Origin: Burkholderiales bacterium
GTDB taxonomy: Bacteria; Pseudomonadota; Gammaproteobacteria; Burkholderiales; SG8-41
Length of the DNA stretch: 64,000 nt
Direction: 5' to 3'
NCBI GenBank assembly: GCA_022843705.1
Contig: JALHND010000002.1
Coordinates: 16,857 to 80,856 of the forward strand
Below, in pieces: positions 1 through 8,547 of the stretch. A model generated the notes under the pieces. That model made no database searches. It was not told the origin of the DNA and saw only the letters and a program-made list of their open reading frames with translations. Each line of letters opens with the position of its first letter. The stretch's first letter is position 1. The position numbers and the translations under genes were made by a program.

Positions 1-99
1 ATGGGCCGTGTCCTTGCCGGGCAGGTATTTGCTGGAGCAGTGGATGTCGGTGCTGACCTCGTCGCCGAGGATGCGGGCACTGCCTTTGATGATGTTCAT
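1..99 (-). CDS. aconitase-family dehydratase small subunit (LeuD-like), N-terminal 33 codons only; the gene runs off the window edge
   Basis: The reverse-strand ATG at 97-99 reads MNIIKGSARILGDEVSTDIHCSSKYLPGKD, the G-x-A...D-x-TD...YL start typical of LeuD/HacB small subunits. It lies downstream of a LeuC-like gene on the same strand. Confidence 0.6.
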   Translation of the reverse strand, partial: MNIIKGSARILGDEVSTDIHCSSKYLPGKDTAH

Positions 100-173
100 G
101 TTTGACGCCTCCGAACTGCAGGACCAAATTCAATAATAGCCACAGGGAACACGAATGACTTCAAAAACAACTT

Positions 174-263
174 GCAGGATGGACAGGATGATCAGGATAA
201 AAAACAGAAAGGCCGCCGCTCAAGGCAAGGGGTTTATCCTGTAAATCCTGTCCATCCTGTTAA
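174..263. repeat. palindromic REP/MITE-like element, copy A
   Basis: Left arm is GCAGGATGGACAGGATGATCAGGATAAAAA. Right arm is GGTTTATCCTGTAAATCCTGTCCATCCTGTTAA. The two are reverse complements apart from 3-4 central mismatches, with a ~25 nt loop. The arms are near-identical to those of the copy at 2655-2741. Confidence 0.85.
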
Positions 264-296
264 TTTGCTTTTCCCTGCATCCCCTGTGGCCAAGTT

Positions 297-1580
297 TCAG
301 GCCGCCGCCCGCCAGTCGCCGCCGGCGACCGTCCGTGCATCGGTGATCACGCCGGTCAGCGCAGACGCCGCCACCGTTGCCGCCGAACCGATCCAGATTT
401 CCGACTTCGGGTTGCCGAGCCGCCCCTTGAAATTGCGGTTGGCGCTGGAAATCACCACCTGGTCGTCGCCGGCAATGTAGTGGCCGGTGATGTTGACGCA
501 GGTGCCGCAACCCGCGGCCTCCACCGAGGCGCCTGCCGCAGTGAGGATTTCAAACAGGCCTTCGCGCATCGCCGCGAGGTAGATTGCCCGCGAGGCCGGG
601 GTGACGATCATGCGCACGCCCTTCGCGAGTTTGCGGCCCTTGAGGATTGCCGCCGCCTGGCGGATGTCGTCGAGCCGGCCGTTGGTGCAGGTGCCGATCA
701 GCGCCACCTGGATCTTCTGGCCGGCGACATCCGGCACCGCCGCGATATCGTCGATATGGTGCTGGCGTGCCACCTGCGGCGCCAGTGCCGCGGTGTCGAT
801 GACAATGCGCTGCGCATAGACCGCATCGGCATCGGCCTGCACCGGATTCGGCGTGGCAGCGCCGTGGGCCTTGAGCCAGGCCAGCGTTTTTTCGTCAGCC
901 TCGAGGATCGCCGCCTTCGCGCCGAGTTCGGCCGCGTGGTTGGACAATGTCATGCGGTCGTCGATCGCCATTGCCTCAACACCGCTGCCGGCATATTCGA
1001 GGGCCTGGTAGTTGGCACCCTCGGCGCCCAGCCTGCCGAGCATGGCCAGCGTGACGTCCTTGGCCCAGACACCCGGCTGCAGGGCGCCCTTGAGTTCGAT
1101 GTGGATGGTCTCCGGCACGCGGAACCACAGCTTGCCGGTCATCATCACCGCCGACACGTCGGTGCCTTCGACACCGGTGCCGAAGGCGTTGAAGGCGCCG
1201 TAGGTGGTTGAATGGGTGTCGGTGCCGACCACGAGATCGCCGCAGGTCAGGTGCCCGCCTTCGGGCAGCACCTGGTGGCAAATGCCGTCACCGACGTCGT
1301 AGATCGGCGAGCCGTGCCTGTCGGCAAACGCGCGCATCTCGACATGGGTATTGGCCGCCTCCATGTTGGGCGGCGGCGAATAGTGGTCCAGCACCAGGGC
1401 GGTGCGTTTGACGTAAGGCAGGGATTTCGCACCCAGCTTTTCGATCATCTTCAGTGCGTTGCCGGCACGGGCGTCGTGGATCATTGCGAAATCGACGTCC
1501 GCGATGACGATTTCACCGGCCCTGGCCGGCTTGCCGCCCGCGTGTTTGCCGAGAATCTTCTCGGCGATGGTATGCCCCAT
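297..1580 (-). CDS. aconitase-family dehydratase large subunit (LeuC/homoaconitase-like)
   Basis: 427-aa ORF with the motifs VGTDTHSTT, IGTCTNGR, CGTCVN and SANRNFKGR characteristic of isopropylmalate/homoaconitate dehydratase large subunits. Confidence 0.9.
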   Translation of the reverse strand: MGHTIAEKILGKHAGGKPARAGEIVIADVDFAMIHDARAGNALKMIEKLGAKSLPYVKRTALVLDHYSPPPNMEAANTHVEMRAFADRHGSPIYDVGDGICHQVLPEGGHLTCGDLVVGTDTHSTTYGAFNAFGTGVEGTDVSAVMMTGKLWFRVPETIHIELKGALQPGVWAKDVTLAMLGRLGAEGANYQALEYAGSGVEAMAIDDRMTLSNHAAELGAKAAILEADEKTLAWLKAHGAATPNPVQADADAVYAQRIVIDTAALAPQVARQHHIDDIAAVPDVAGQKIQVALIGTCTNGRLDDIRQAAAILKGRKLAKGVRMIVTPASRAIYLAAMREGLFEILTAAGASVEAAGCGTCVNITGHYIAGDDQVVISSANRNFKGRLGNPKSEIWIGSAATVAASALTGVITDARTVAGGDWRAAA

Positions 1581-1750
1581 CGGCTGTCCTCCTGTGGGAT
1601 TCCGCCGCAGGACGGATCGCAGCGGCGAAGCTGCGGATTTTAACCCAGCCCGGGACAGCTCACGCCCTGATGTTCACCATATGAGCAGCATCCAGCCCGC
1701 TCCGGAGACGCCTTCAACCATAAGGCGTCCGTATGCTGCACACGGAAAAA

Positions 1751-2635
1751 CTAATTGCGGAAAATGCCCAGCAGGGTCCGCGCCTCATCCGTCGTCGCCG
1801 GCTCCCGGCCGACCGCCCGTCCCAGCTCCGCAAACCGCCGCACCAGTTCGGCGTTGGTCGGACAGCCGATTTCCGGATAGGGATAGTCGCCGATGCCCGG
1901 CGCGAGATGCCCCATGCGTTCAAGCGCGGTGGTGGCAACATTGAACAGGTTGCCTTCCTTGCAGGCCACCGTCCATTCGATGCGACGCTGCGGCGGCAGG
2001 AAATCGATCAGCGCCTCCAGCCCGCGCGTGTTGCAGGGATGTGCGCCGACGATGCCGCCCTCGGCCAGCACACACTGCACATAGGCCGGCTCCTTCACCG
2101 CCCCCATGTCGAGGAAGGCCTCGACCATGCGCACAAAGGGTACCGCCCATACCGACAGGTGCGGCTTGACGCCGGCTTCGGTCATACCCCTGGCCAGGAA
2201 CAGGCAGGTCTCGGTGCTGTTCTTGTAGATCTTGTTGGTGGTCAGGAATTTTTTCGCCACCGGATCATAGGCGTCGATGTTGCTGCTGCCGGTGTCGACC
2301 GCCGCAAAATCCGGCCGGGTTTTGCTCTTCTGCCCCATCAGCTTGATATGGGCCAGCCGGTTCTCGTCTTCGTTGACGGTAATCTGGCCCAGCGTCGAAT
2401 CGATCAGGATGTCGGTTTTCTCGCGGATCTTGGCCACGATCTCGGCGTAGACCTCCGGTTCGTGGCATTTGCCGCCGTCCGGCGTGCGCGCATGGAAATG
2501 GATGATCGAGGCGCCGGCCGCGCGGCATTCCGCCGCGGTTTCGGCGATCTCGTCCGGCGTGAACGGTACGTTGCGATTGATGTCGCGCGACATGTATTCG
2601 TTGACGCGCACGGTGATGATGAGTTTTTTGGTCAT
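1751..2635 (-). CDS. BKACE-family enzyme (3-keto-5-aminohexanoate cleavage enzyme-like, DUF849)
   Basis: ORF 1751-2698 trimmed to the start MTKKLIITVRVNEY at 2635. The upstream extension translates through the palindromic repeat. Sequence signature IIHFHARTPDGG and a length of ~294 aa fit the BKACE TIM-barrel family. Confidence 0.85.
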   Translation of the reverse strand: MTKKLIITVRVNEYMSRDINRNVPFTPDEIAETAAECRAAGASIIHFHARTPDGGKCHEPEVYAEIVAKIREKTDILIDSTLGQITVNEDENRLAHIKLMGQKSKTRPDFAAVDTGSSNIDAYDPVAKKFLTTNKIYKNSTETCLFLARGMTEAGVKPHLSVWAVPFVRMVEAFLDMGAVKEPAYVQCVLAEGGIVGAHPCNTRGLEALIDFLPPQRRIEWTVACKEGNLFNVATTALERMGHLAPGIGDYPYPEIGCPTNAELVRRFAELGRAVGREPATTDEARTLLGIFRN

Positions 2636-2654
2636 GGCATGAAAATCAAAGCAA

Positions 2655-2741
2655 TTAACAGGATGGACAGGATGATCAGGATAAAAACGGAAAACCAAGT
2701 ATCAAAGGGTTTATCCTGAAAATCCTGTCCATCCTGTAAAT
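2655..2741. repeat. palindromic REP/MITE-like element, copy B
   Basis: Left arm is TAACAGGATGGACAGGATGATCAGGATAAAAA. Right arm is GGGTTTATCCTGAAAATCCTGTCCATCCTGTAAA. The ~20 nt loop is unrelated to the copy A loop. The element ends 1 nt before the stop codon (2742-2744) of the HpcH-family gene. Confidence 0.85.
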
Positions 2742-3530
2742 TCAGGTTTTTACGGCATTCACCCGACGGCACACATCCAGAAACAGGTGCCCGTCGGTGC
2801 CCAGCACGATCGCCTGCACGCCGCGGTCACGCACCGACCGGCCGTAGACGGGATCAGGCTTGTTGCCGATGGTGGTCATCACGTGTTTGCCGTGTTTGCG
2901 CGCAGCCGTCACCACCTGCTCCAGCGCGGCAGCCATCTTCGGATTTTCAAACGTGGCATGCGGCACGCCCAGCGCAATCGACAGGTCGGTCGGCCCGATG
3001 AAAAACAGCTCCAGACCCGGCATCGCCGCCATCGCCTCGAAATCCTGCAGCGTCGGTGTGTCCTCGATCAGCGGAATGACCATCAGTTCATCGTTGGCGC
3101 GGCGCACATGCGCGTCCCAGTCGCCCGGCGCATAACCCGCGGAACGCACGATGGTGCAGGCCCCGCGTTGACCCGCGGGCGCGTAACGCGCGTAGTCCAG
3201 CGCCAGCGCGCAGTTTTCCCGGGTGGCATGCGAAATCGCGATGCCGGCCGCGCCCATGTTCATCAGTTTCAGGATCAGGGTGCGTTCAACGTCGGCGATG
3301 CGCACGAAAGGCGTGATGCCGGCGGCATCGGCGGCGCGGATGACATGGGCGCAGGTGTCAAAATCGAGCGCGCTGTGTTCCATGTCGATGATCACGAAAT
3401 CGACGCCGGCGGCTGCGGCCAGCTCGGTGATCATCGGGCTGCCGCTGAACAGGATGAGACCGGTGACGGTCTCGCCGCGTGCCAATGCGGCACGAACCGG
3501 GTTTTTCATGGATGTCATGGATGAAAACAA
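2742..3530 (-). CDS. HpcH/HpaI-family 2-keto-3-deoxy-acid aldolase
   Basis: 262-aa ORF with VDFVIIDMEHS and the overall pattern of the HpaI/HpcH aldolase family. The start is ambiguous, and MKNPVRAAL at 3509 is an alternative. Confidence 0.85.
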   Translation of the reverse strand: MFSSMTSMKNPVRAALARGETVTGLILFSGSPMITELAAAAGVDFVIIDMEHSALDFDTCAHVIRAADAAGITPFVRIADVERTLILKLMNMGAAGIAISHATRENCALALDYARYAPAGQRGACTIVRSAGYAPGDWDAHVRRANDELMVIPLIEDTPTLQDFEAMAAMPGLELFFIGPTDLSIALGVPHATFENPKMAAALEQVVTAARKHGKHVMTTIGNKPDPVYGRSVRDRGVQAIVLGTDGHLFLDVCRRVNAVKT

Positions 3531-3712
3531 TCATTGCGCATCGGAGGAGGCGTCGAGGTTACTCCGCCCCCCCCGCACCCGGCAAGGCCGCAACCGCCCG
3601 GTGACCAGCATCCGGAACCCGCGACGCTCGGGCACCCTGGCTGTGATAAAAATCCGGCAGCGGAACACCGGATGCCGTTCCGCAGTCCCGAAAGCATAAA
3701 AAGGATGACGCG

Positions 3713-4231
3713 ATGGCGGACGCGAAGGAAGCACAGCTGAGCCCGGAAACCGTGCTCGCGCAGATGAAACAGAACGGCGTGACCCATGTCGTCTGGCTGC
3801 CCGACAGCGAAACCAACTGGCTCTACACGCTGATGAAGGCGGATCCCGGGCTGACCCTGATCGCCGTCGCGCGCGAAGGTCTCGCCTTTTCGACCGCCGC
3901 CGGGCTGCACACCGGCGGCAAGGTGCCGATCATCCTGATCCAGAACACCGGCATGATGGAAGCCGGCGATTCGATGCGCGGCTGGGGGCTCGGGCTCAAC
4001 ATCCCGGTGGTGATGCTGGTGGGTTACCGCGGATGGACAAGGCATGGCGTGACCAAGGACACCGCGGCGGTCTATACCGAGCGTTTCCTCAACGCCTTCG
4101 GCATCAACTACTATCTCGTCGAAAACGACAATGACGCCCCGCGCATCTCTGCGGCTTTCGGGGAAGCGCGCAGGAACCGGCGTCCGGTGGCGGTCCTGGT
4201 CGGGGACGAATACCACGGATTCAACAGCTGA
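3713..4231 (+). CDS. TPP-dependent decarboxylase, alpha-type subunit (sulfopyruvate/phosphonopyruvate decarboxylase-like N-terminal PYR domain)
   Basis: 172-aa ORF resembling ComD-type subunits (VTHVVWLPDSE...GLAFSTAAG...IQNTGMMEAGD). It is followed 20 nt later by the beta-type partner. Confidence 0.75.
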   Translation: MADAKEAQLSPETVLAQMKQNGVTHVVWLPDSETNWLYTLMKADPGLTLIAVAREGLAFSTAAGLHTGGKVPIILIQNTGMMEAGDSMRGWGLGLNIPVVMLVGYRGWTRHGVTKDTAAVYTERFLNAFGINYYLVENDNDAPRISAAFGEARRNRRPVAVLVGDEYHGFNS

Positions 4232-4251
4232 ACACCCCGGGAGAACAAAAC

Positions 4252-4839
4252 ATGATCGTCATGCAGGAAATGTTCAGGGTGTTCCAGCAGCATCGCGGCA
4301 ACGCCATCGTGATTCCCGGCCGCGGCAACCGCCAGTGGCACGAAATCAGCACGCAGCCCCGCCGCGACCTGCCGCTGGGCGATCCGGCGATGGGCGGACA
4401 CGCCGGCTTCGCGCTCGGACTGGCGCTGGCCCTGCCCCGTGAAAAAATCGTGCTCTTCGACTCCGAAGGCGACCTGCAGATGAGCCTGGGGGTGCTGGCG
4501 ATGGTGTCCGAGCACAAGCCGAAGAATTTTTACCATTTCCTGCTCGACAACGAGTGTTACGCAACCACCGGCGGCCAGCCGGTGCCCAACGCCGCCAACG
4601 TTGCCTACGACCAGATGGCCCGCGCTGCCGGATATCCCGCCGCGCACGCGTACACCAATCTCGAAAGCCTGACGATCGACATCGGCCGCATTCTCGCCGC
4701 GCCCGGCCCGGTGTTCGTTGCCATGAAAATCGTGCCCGAAATCGAGAACCGCCCGATGGGCCAGCGCCCGCCCCGCCTGCAACGCAGCCGCGAGCAGGTG
4801 ATCGCCGATTTCAGCGCCGAACTCGGCCTCGCCGGCTGA
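4252..4839 (+). CDS. TPP-dependent decarboxylase, beta-type subunit (TPP-binding PP domain)
   Basis: 195-aa ORF with a GDLQM...LDNE-type TPP/Mg-binding segment (FDSEGDLQMSLG...FLLDNECY), as in ComE-type subunits. Confidence 0.75.
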   Translation: MIVMQEMFRVFQQHRGNAIVIPGRGNRQWHEISTQPRRDLPLGDPAMGGHAGFALGLALALPREKIVLFDSEGDLQMSLGVLAMVSEHKPKNFYHFLLDNECYATTGGQPVPNAANVAYDQMARAAGYPAAHAYTNLESLTIDIGRILAAPGPVFVAMKIVPEIENRPMGQRPPRLQRSREQVIADFSAELGLAG

Positions 4840-4923
4840 AACCGGCCCCGCGGCTCCGGCACATGGTCAAGCCGGTGCCGATGTGTTAAATCAGGCGCCT
4901 CTCCGTCTTTCCAGAGGCCCCGC

Positions 4924-6360
4924 ATGCCCCGAGAAATCGCCCTTACCGCCGAAGTCGCCCGCTTCGTCACCCGCACCCGTACGGCGCAGATTCCGCGCGC
5001 GGTGATGCACCACGGCAAACGTTCCCTGCTCGACGGTCTCGGCCTCGCGCTGGCCGGCAACGCCGCCGAGTCCGGCCATGTCATCCGCCGCTACCTGAAG
5101 ACGCTGGGCCTGCCGCTGGACCGCGGTGCCACGGTGATCGGCACCGCGCTCAGGGTACCGCCGCGTTTCGCCGCCTTCGCCAACGGCATCGCGATCCATG
5201 CCGACGATTACGACGATACCCAGCTCGCAGTGGCCAAAGACCGCGTCTACGGCCTGCTCACCCACCCCACGGCGCCGGCACTGCCCGCCGTGCTGGCACT
5301 GGCCGAACACGGCAACCGTTCCGGCCTCGACCTGCTGACAGCGTACCAGATCGCCGTCGAGGTCGAAACCAAACTCGCCGAAGCGATCAACCCGCGCCAT
5401 TACGCCGACGGCTTCCATTCCACGGCAACCTTCGGTGCCATCGGTGCCGCCGCCGGCGCGGCACGGCTGCTCGGGCTCGACGCCGCCCAGACCGCGCAGG
5501 CGCTGAGCCTGGGCGCCAGCCAGGCCGCCGGCCTGCGCGAGAACTTCGGCACCATGACCAAGCCCTTCCATCCCGGCCGTTCCGCGGAATCGGGCGTGAT
5601 GGCGGCGGAACTGATCCGCCTCGGCTGGAGCGCCGCACCGGATGCGCTGGAAGCAAAACGCGGCTTCTTCAACGCCGCCGGCGGCGGTTACGACCCGAAG
5701 GCCATCCACGGCAAGCTCGGCAAACCCTGGACCTTCGCGATGCCTGGCGTCTCGATCAAACCCCATCCCAGCGGCTCGCTGACCCATCCCGGCATGGGTG
5801 TCATGCTCGAACTCGTGCTGCAGAACGACATCCGGCCGGCGCAGGTGCGCAAAATCCGCGTCGGCACCAATCGCCACATGCCCAACACACTGATCCACCG
5901 CCGCCCAAGAACGGAACTGCAGGCCAAGTTCAGCATGGAATTCTGCATGGCGATACTGCTGCTCGAACGCAGGGCCGGCCTGGCGCAGTTCACCGATGCC
6001 GTGGTGCGCCGCGCCGATGTGCAGCGCATGATCGGCCTGGTCGAATTCGGCGTGCATCCCGAAGCCGAGGCCGCCGGCTACGAAAAAATGACCACCATCA
6101 TCGACATCGAACTGAAGGACGGCCGCGTGATCAGCGGCCGCGCCGATTTCGGCAAGGGCAGTCCCGCCTATCCGATGAGCGACGGAGAGGTCGCGGACAA
6201 ATTCCGCGAATGCGCAGCCTGGGGCGGGCTGCCGCCGGCGCGGGCCGAGCAGGTGATCGAGCGGGTCTTCCGTCTCGAAAAACTCGAATCGGTGCGCGAG
6301 CTGACCCGGCTGCTGGTGCCGGCTCCGCGGCGCAAAGGGTCGGCCCGGACAAGGAAATAG
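4924..6360 (+). CDS. MmgE/PrpD-family protein (2-methylcitrate dehydratase-like)
   Basis: 478-aa ORF. Its N-terminus (AEVARFV...IP...KRSLLDGLGLALAG) and its length are typical of the MmgE/PrpD family. Confidence 0.85.
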   Translation: MPREIALTAEVARFVTRTRTAQIPRAVMHHGKRSLLDGLGLALAGNAAESGHVIRRYLKTLGLPLDRGATVIGTALRVPPRFAAFANGIAIHADDYDDTQLAVAKDRVYGLLTHPTAPALPAVLALAEHGNRSGLDLLTAYQIAVEVETKLAEAINPRHYADGFHSTATFGAIGAAAGAARLLGLDAAQTAQALSLGASQAAGLRENFGTMTKPFHPGRSAESGVMAAELIRLGWSAAPDALEAKRGFFNAAGGGYDPKAIHGKLGKPWTFAMPGVSIKPHPSGSLTHPGMGVMLELVLQNDIRPAQVRKIRVGTNRHMPNTLIHRRPRTELQAKFSMEFCMAILLLERRAGLAQFTDAVVRRADVQRMIGLVEFGVHPEAEAAGYEKMTTIIDIELKDGRVISGRADFGKGSPAYPMSDGEVADKFRECAAWGGLPPARAEQVIERVFRLEKLESVRELTRLLVPAPRRKGSARTRK

Positions 6361-6393
6361 ACTAAACTAGCCCCCTCTTTTCCCGGAGTACCC

Positions 6394-7422
6394 ATGAGCA
6401 AGCTTCCCCGCATCGGATTCATGCTGGGCGATGTCACCGGCATCGGCCCGGAAATCGCCGCAAAACTGCTGGCATCAGGCAAACCTTCGCAACTCGCGGA
6501 AGTCGTCATCATCGGCGACCGGCGCGTGCTTGAACTCGGCATGCGGGATGCCGGCGTCAAGTTTGCATATACCGCCTGCCGCAGCATCGACGAAGTCAGC
6601 TGGCCGCGCCAGGACCTGCCGCTGATCGACCTCGGCAATACCGATCCCGCGAAATTCGCGCAGGGCGCCCCGTCCGACGAAGCGGGCAAACTTGCCGGCG
6701 ACACGCTGAAATTCATGATCGACCTCGCCATGGCCGGCAAACTCGACGGCATCTGCTTCGCGCCGCTGAACAAGGGCGCGATGAACCGCGGCGGCTGGAA
6801 GTTCAACGACGAGCACCAGATGTTCGCCAAGCTGACCGACCACAGCGGCTTTTTCGGCGAAATGAACGTCATCGACCAGTTCAGCACCTTCCGCGTGACT
6901 TCCCATGTCGCCCTGCGCGAAGCCGTGAACATGATCACCCCGGAACGCATCACCTCCGCCGTCAATCTCGCCAATGACACGCTGCTCGCCACCGGCAGGA
7001 CCGCACCGCGCATCGGGGTTGCCGCGCTCAATCCGCACAACGGCGAAAACGGCCTCTTCGGTGACGAGGAAATCCGCATCATCCGCCCGACCGTCGACAG
7101 GCTGAAGGCCGGCGGCATCAACTGCGAAGGCCCGATCTCATCGGACGTTATTTTCCTGCAGGCACTCAAGGGGAAATTCGATGGCGTGGTCATGATGTAC
7201 CACGACCAGGGCCAGATCGCGACCAAGCTGCTCGGCTTCAACAAGGGTGTCACCGTCACCGCCGGACTGAAAACGGTGTTCACGACCCCCGCCCACGGCA
7301 CGGCCTATGACATCGTCGGCCAGAGCAAGGCCGACCCCGGCGCCATGGAACACGCCTTTACCCTCGCCACCCGGCTCGCTGCCGGACGCAAGGCAGCATC
7401 TGCCGCAAATGCGGCGGCCTGA
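6394..7422 (+). CDS. PdxA-family NAD-dependent 4-hydroxy-acid-phosphate dehydrogenase (PdxA2-like)
   Basis: 342-aa ORF with the motifs GDVTGIGPEI, ALNPHNGENG, MYHDQGQIA and TTPAHGTAYDI, diagnostic of the PdxA family. Confidence 0.9.
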   Translation: MSKLPRIGFMLGDVTGIGPEIAAKLLASGKPSQLAEVVIIGDRRVLELGMRDAGVKFAYTACRSIDEVSWPRQDLPLIDLGNTDPAKFAQGAPSDEAGKLAGDTLKFMIDLAMAGKLDGICFAPLNKGAMNRGGWKFNDEHQMFAKLTDHSGFFGEMNVIDQFSTFRVTSHVALREAVNMITPERITSAVNLANDTLLATGRTAPRIGVAALNPHNGENGLFGDEEIRIIRPTVDRLKAGGINCEGPISSDVIFLQALKGKFDGVVMMYHDQGQIATKLLGFNKGVTVTAGLKTVFTTPAHGTAYDIVGQSKADPGAMEHAFTLATRLAAGRKAASAANAAA

Positions 7423-7461
7423 ACCGCAGCACCCATAACCAACCATCACTGGAGGAAAACA

Positions 7462-8436
7462 ATGAACCGACACCTGACGACGCGCCTGATGGCCGGCGCC
7501 GCGCTGGCCTGCTTCGCCGCACAGGGCCTGGCCGCCGAATGGCAGCCGACCAAGCCGATCCGCATGCTGGTGGGTTTTGCACCCGGCGGCGGCACCGACA
7601 CCACGGCCCGCGCCATGGGTGCCAAGCTGAGCGAGCGCCTCGGCCAGCAGGTCATCATCGACAACCGGCCCGGTGCTGCGGGCAACATCGCCACCGAGAT
7701 TCTCTCCAACGCGACCCCTGACGGCTACACCATCCTGATGGGCACCATCGCCGCACTGGCCATCAATCCCTCGCTCTACAAGAAGCTGCCCTTCGATCCG
7801 CTGAAGGATGTGCTGCCGATAACCCGCGCGGTGGATTCCACCAACGCGCTGGTCGTGCACCCCTCGGTGCCCGCCAAAAGTGTCAAGGAACTGGTCGCCC
7901 TGGCCAAGACCAAGCCGCTCAACGGCGGCTCTTCGGGCGTCGGCGGTGCCGGCCACCTCGCTCTGGAACTGTTCAACCTGCAGGCCGGCACCAAGATCGT
8001 CCATGTCCCGTACAAGGGCGGCGGACCGGCCATGGTCGACCTGCTCGGCGGCCAGATCAACCTGATTTTCGCCACTGCCGCGAGCGCTGTCGGCCACATC
8101 AAGTCCGGCAAGATCCGCGCGCTGGCCGTGTCCACGGCCAAACGTTCGGGCCTGCTGCCCGAACTGCCGACGGTCGCCGAAGCCGGCCTCAAAGGCTTCG
8201 AAGCCAACAACTGGTACGGCCTGCTCGCCCCGGCGAAAACGCCGCGCAACATCATCGACCGCCTGAACAAGGAGTCCATCGCGGCGCTGAACCTGCCCGA
8301 CGTCAAGGATCTGCTGTTCAGGCAGGGCCTGGATGTTTCGACCAGCACGCCGGAAGCCTTCGGCGCCTATATCAGGGCCGAAAAGGCACAGTGGGAAAAA
8401 GTGATCAAGGCCGCCGGCCTGTATCACACCAACTGA
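7462..8436 (+). CDS. Bug/TctC-family tripartite tricarboxylate transporter substrate-binding protein
   Basis: 324-aa ORF with a signal peptide, then WQPTKPIRMLVGFAPGGGTD...VPYKGGGPA...NWYGLLAPAKTP. A GGAGGA RBS precedes the ATG. Confidence 0.92.
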   Translation: MNRHLTTRLMAGAALACFAAQGLAAEWQPTKPIRMLVGFAPGGGTDTTARAMGAKLSERLGQQVIIDNRPGAAGNIATEILSNATPDGYTILMGTIAALAINPSLYKKLPFDPLKDVLPITRAVDSTNALVVHPSVPAKSVKELVALAKTKPLNGGSSGVGGAGHLALELFNLQAGTKIVHVPYKGGGPAMVDLLGGQINLIFATAASAVGHIKSGKIRALAVSTAKRSGLLPELPTVAEAGLKGFEANNWYGLLAPAKTPRNIIDRLNKESIAALNLPDVKDLLFRQGLDVSTSTPEAFGAYIRAEKAQWEKVIKAAGLYHTN

Positions 8437-8461
8437 AAAACAAACTAAATCGTTTCCTGAC

Positions 8462-8502
8462 AAAAAAGACTGCGGGGCACTGGCCCTGCAGTCTTTTTTT
8501 TT
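8462..8502. terminator. intrinsic terminator (bidirectional A-run/stem/T-run)
   Basis: AAAAAAGACTGCGGGG-CACTGG-CCCTGCAGTC followed by T9. The stem is 10 bp with one G-T pair. Confidence 0.8.
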
Positions 8503-8547
8503 GCGAAAATGCTGCATCGCACACAGATTCCATCCTTACGGAGTGAC

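Noticed and set aside
121-170. A possible ninth, degenerate AT-rich element copy (TTCAATAATAGCCACAGGGAACACGAATGACTTCAAAAACAAC).
   Set aside because: It shares only AATGACTT and a CAATAA fragment with copy 5 and is interrupted by GC-rich sequence. Its orientation would be opposite to the flanking genes. The evidence is too weak to call.
172-480. Track ORFs that translate through the palindromic elements: 172-480(+), the 5' extension of 1751-2698(-), and the 3' end of 1733-2719(+).
   Set aside because: Their repeat-derived segments (for example QDGQDDQDKK and PVNPVHPVN) are translation artefacts of the CAGGAT periodicity. The real genes start or stop outside the element.
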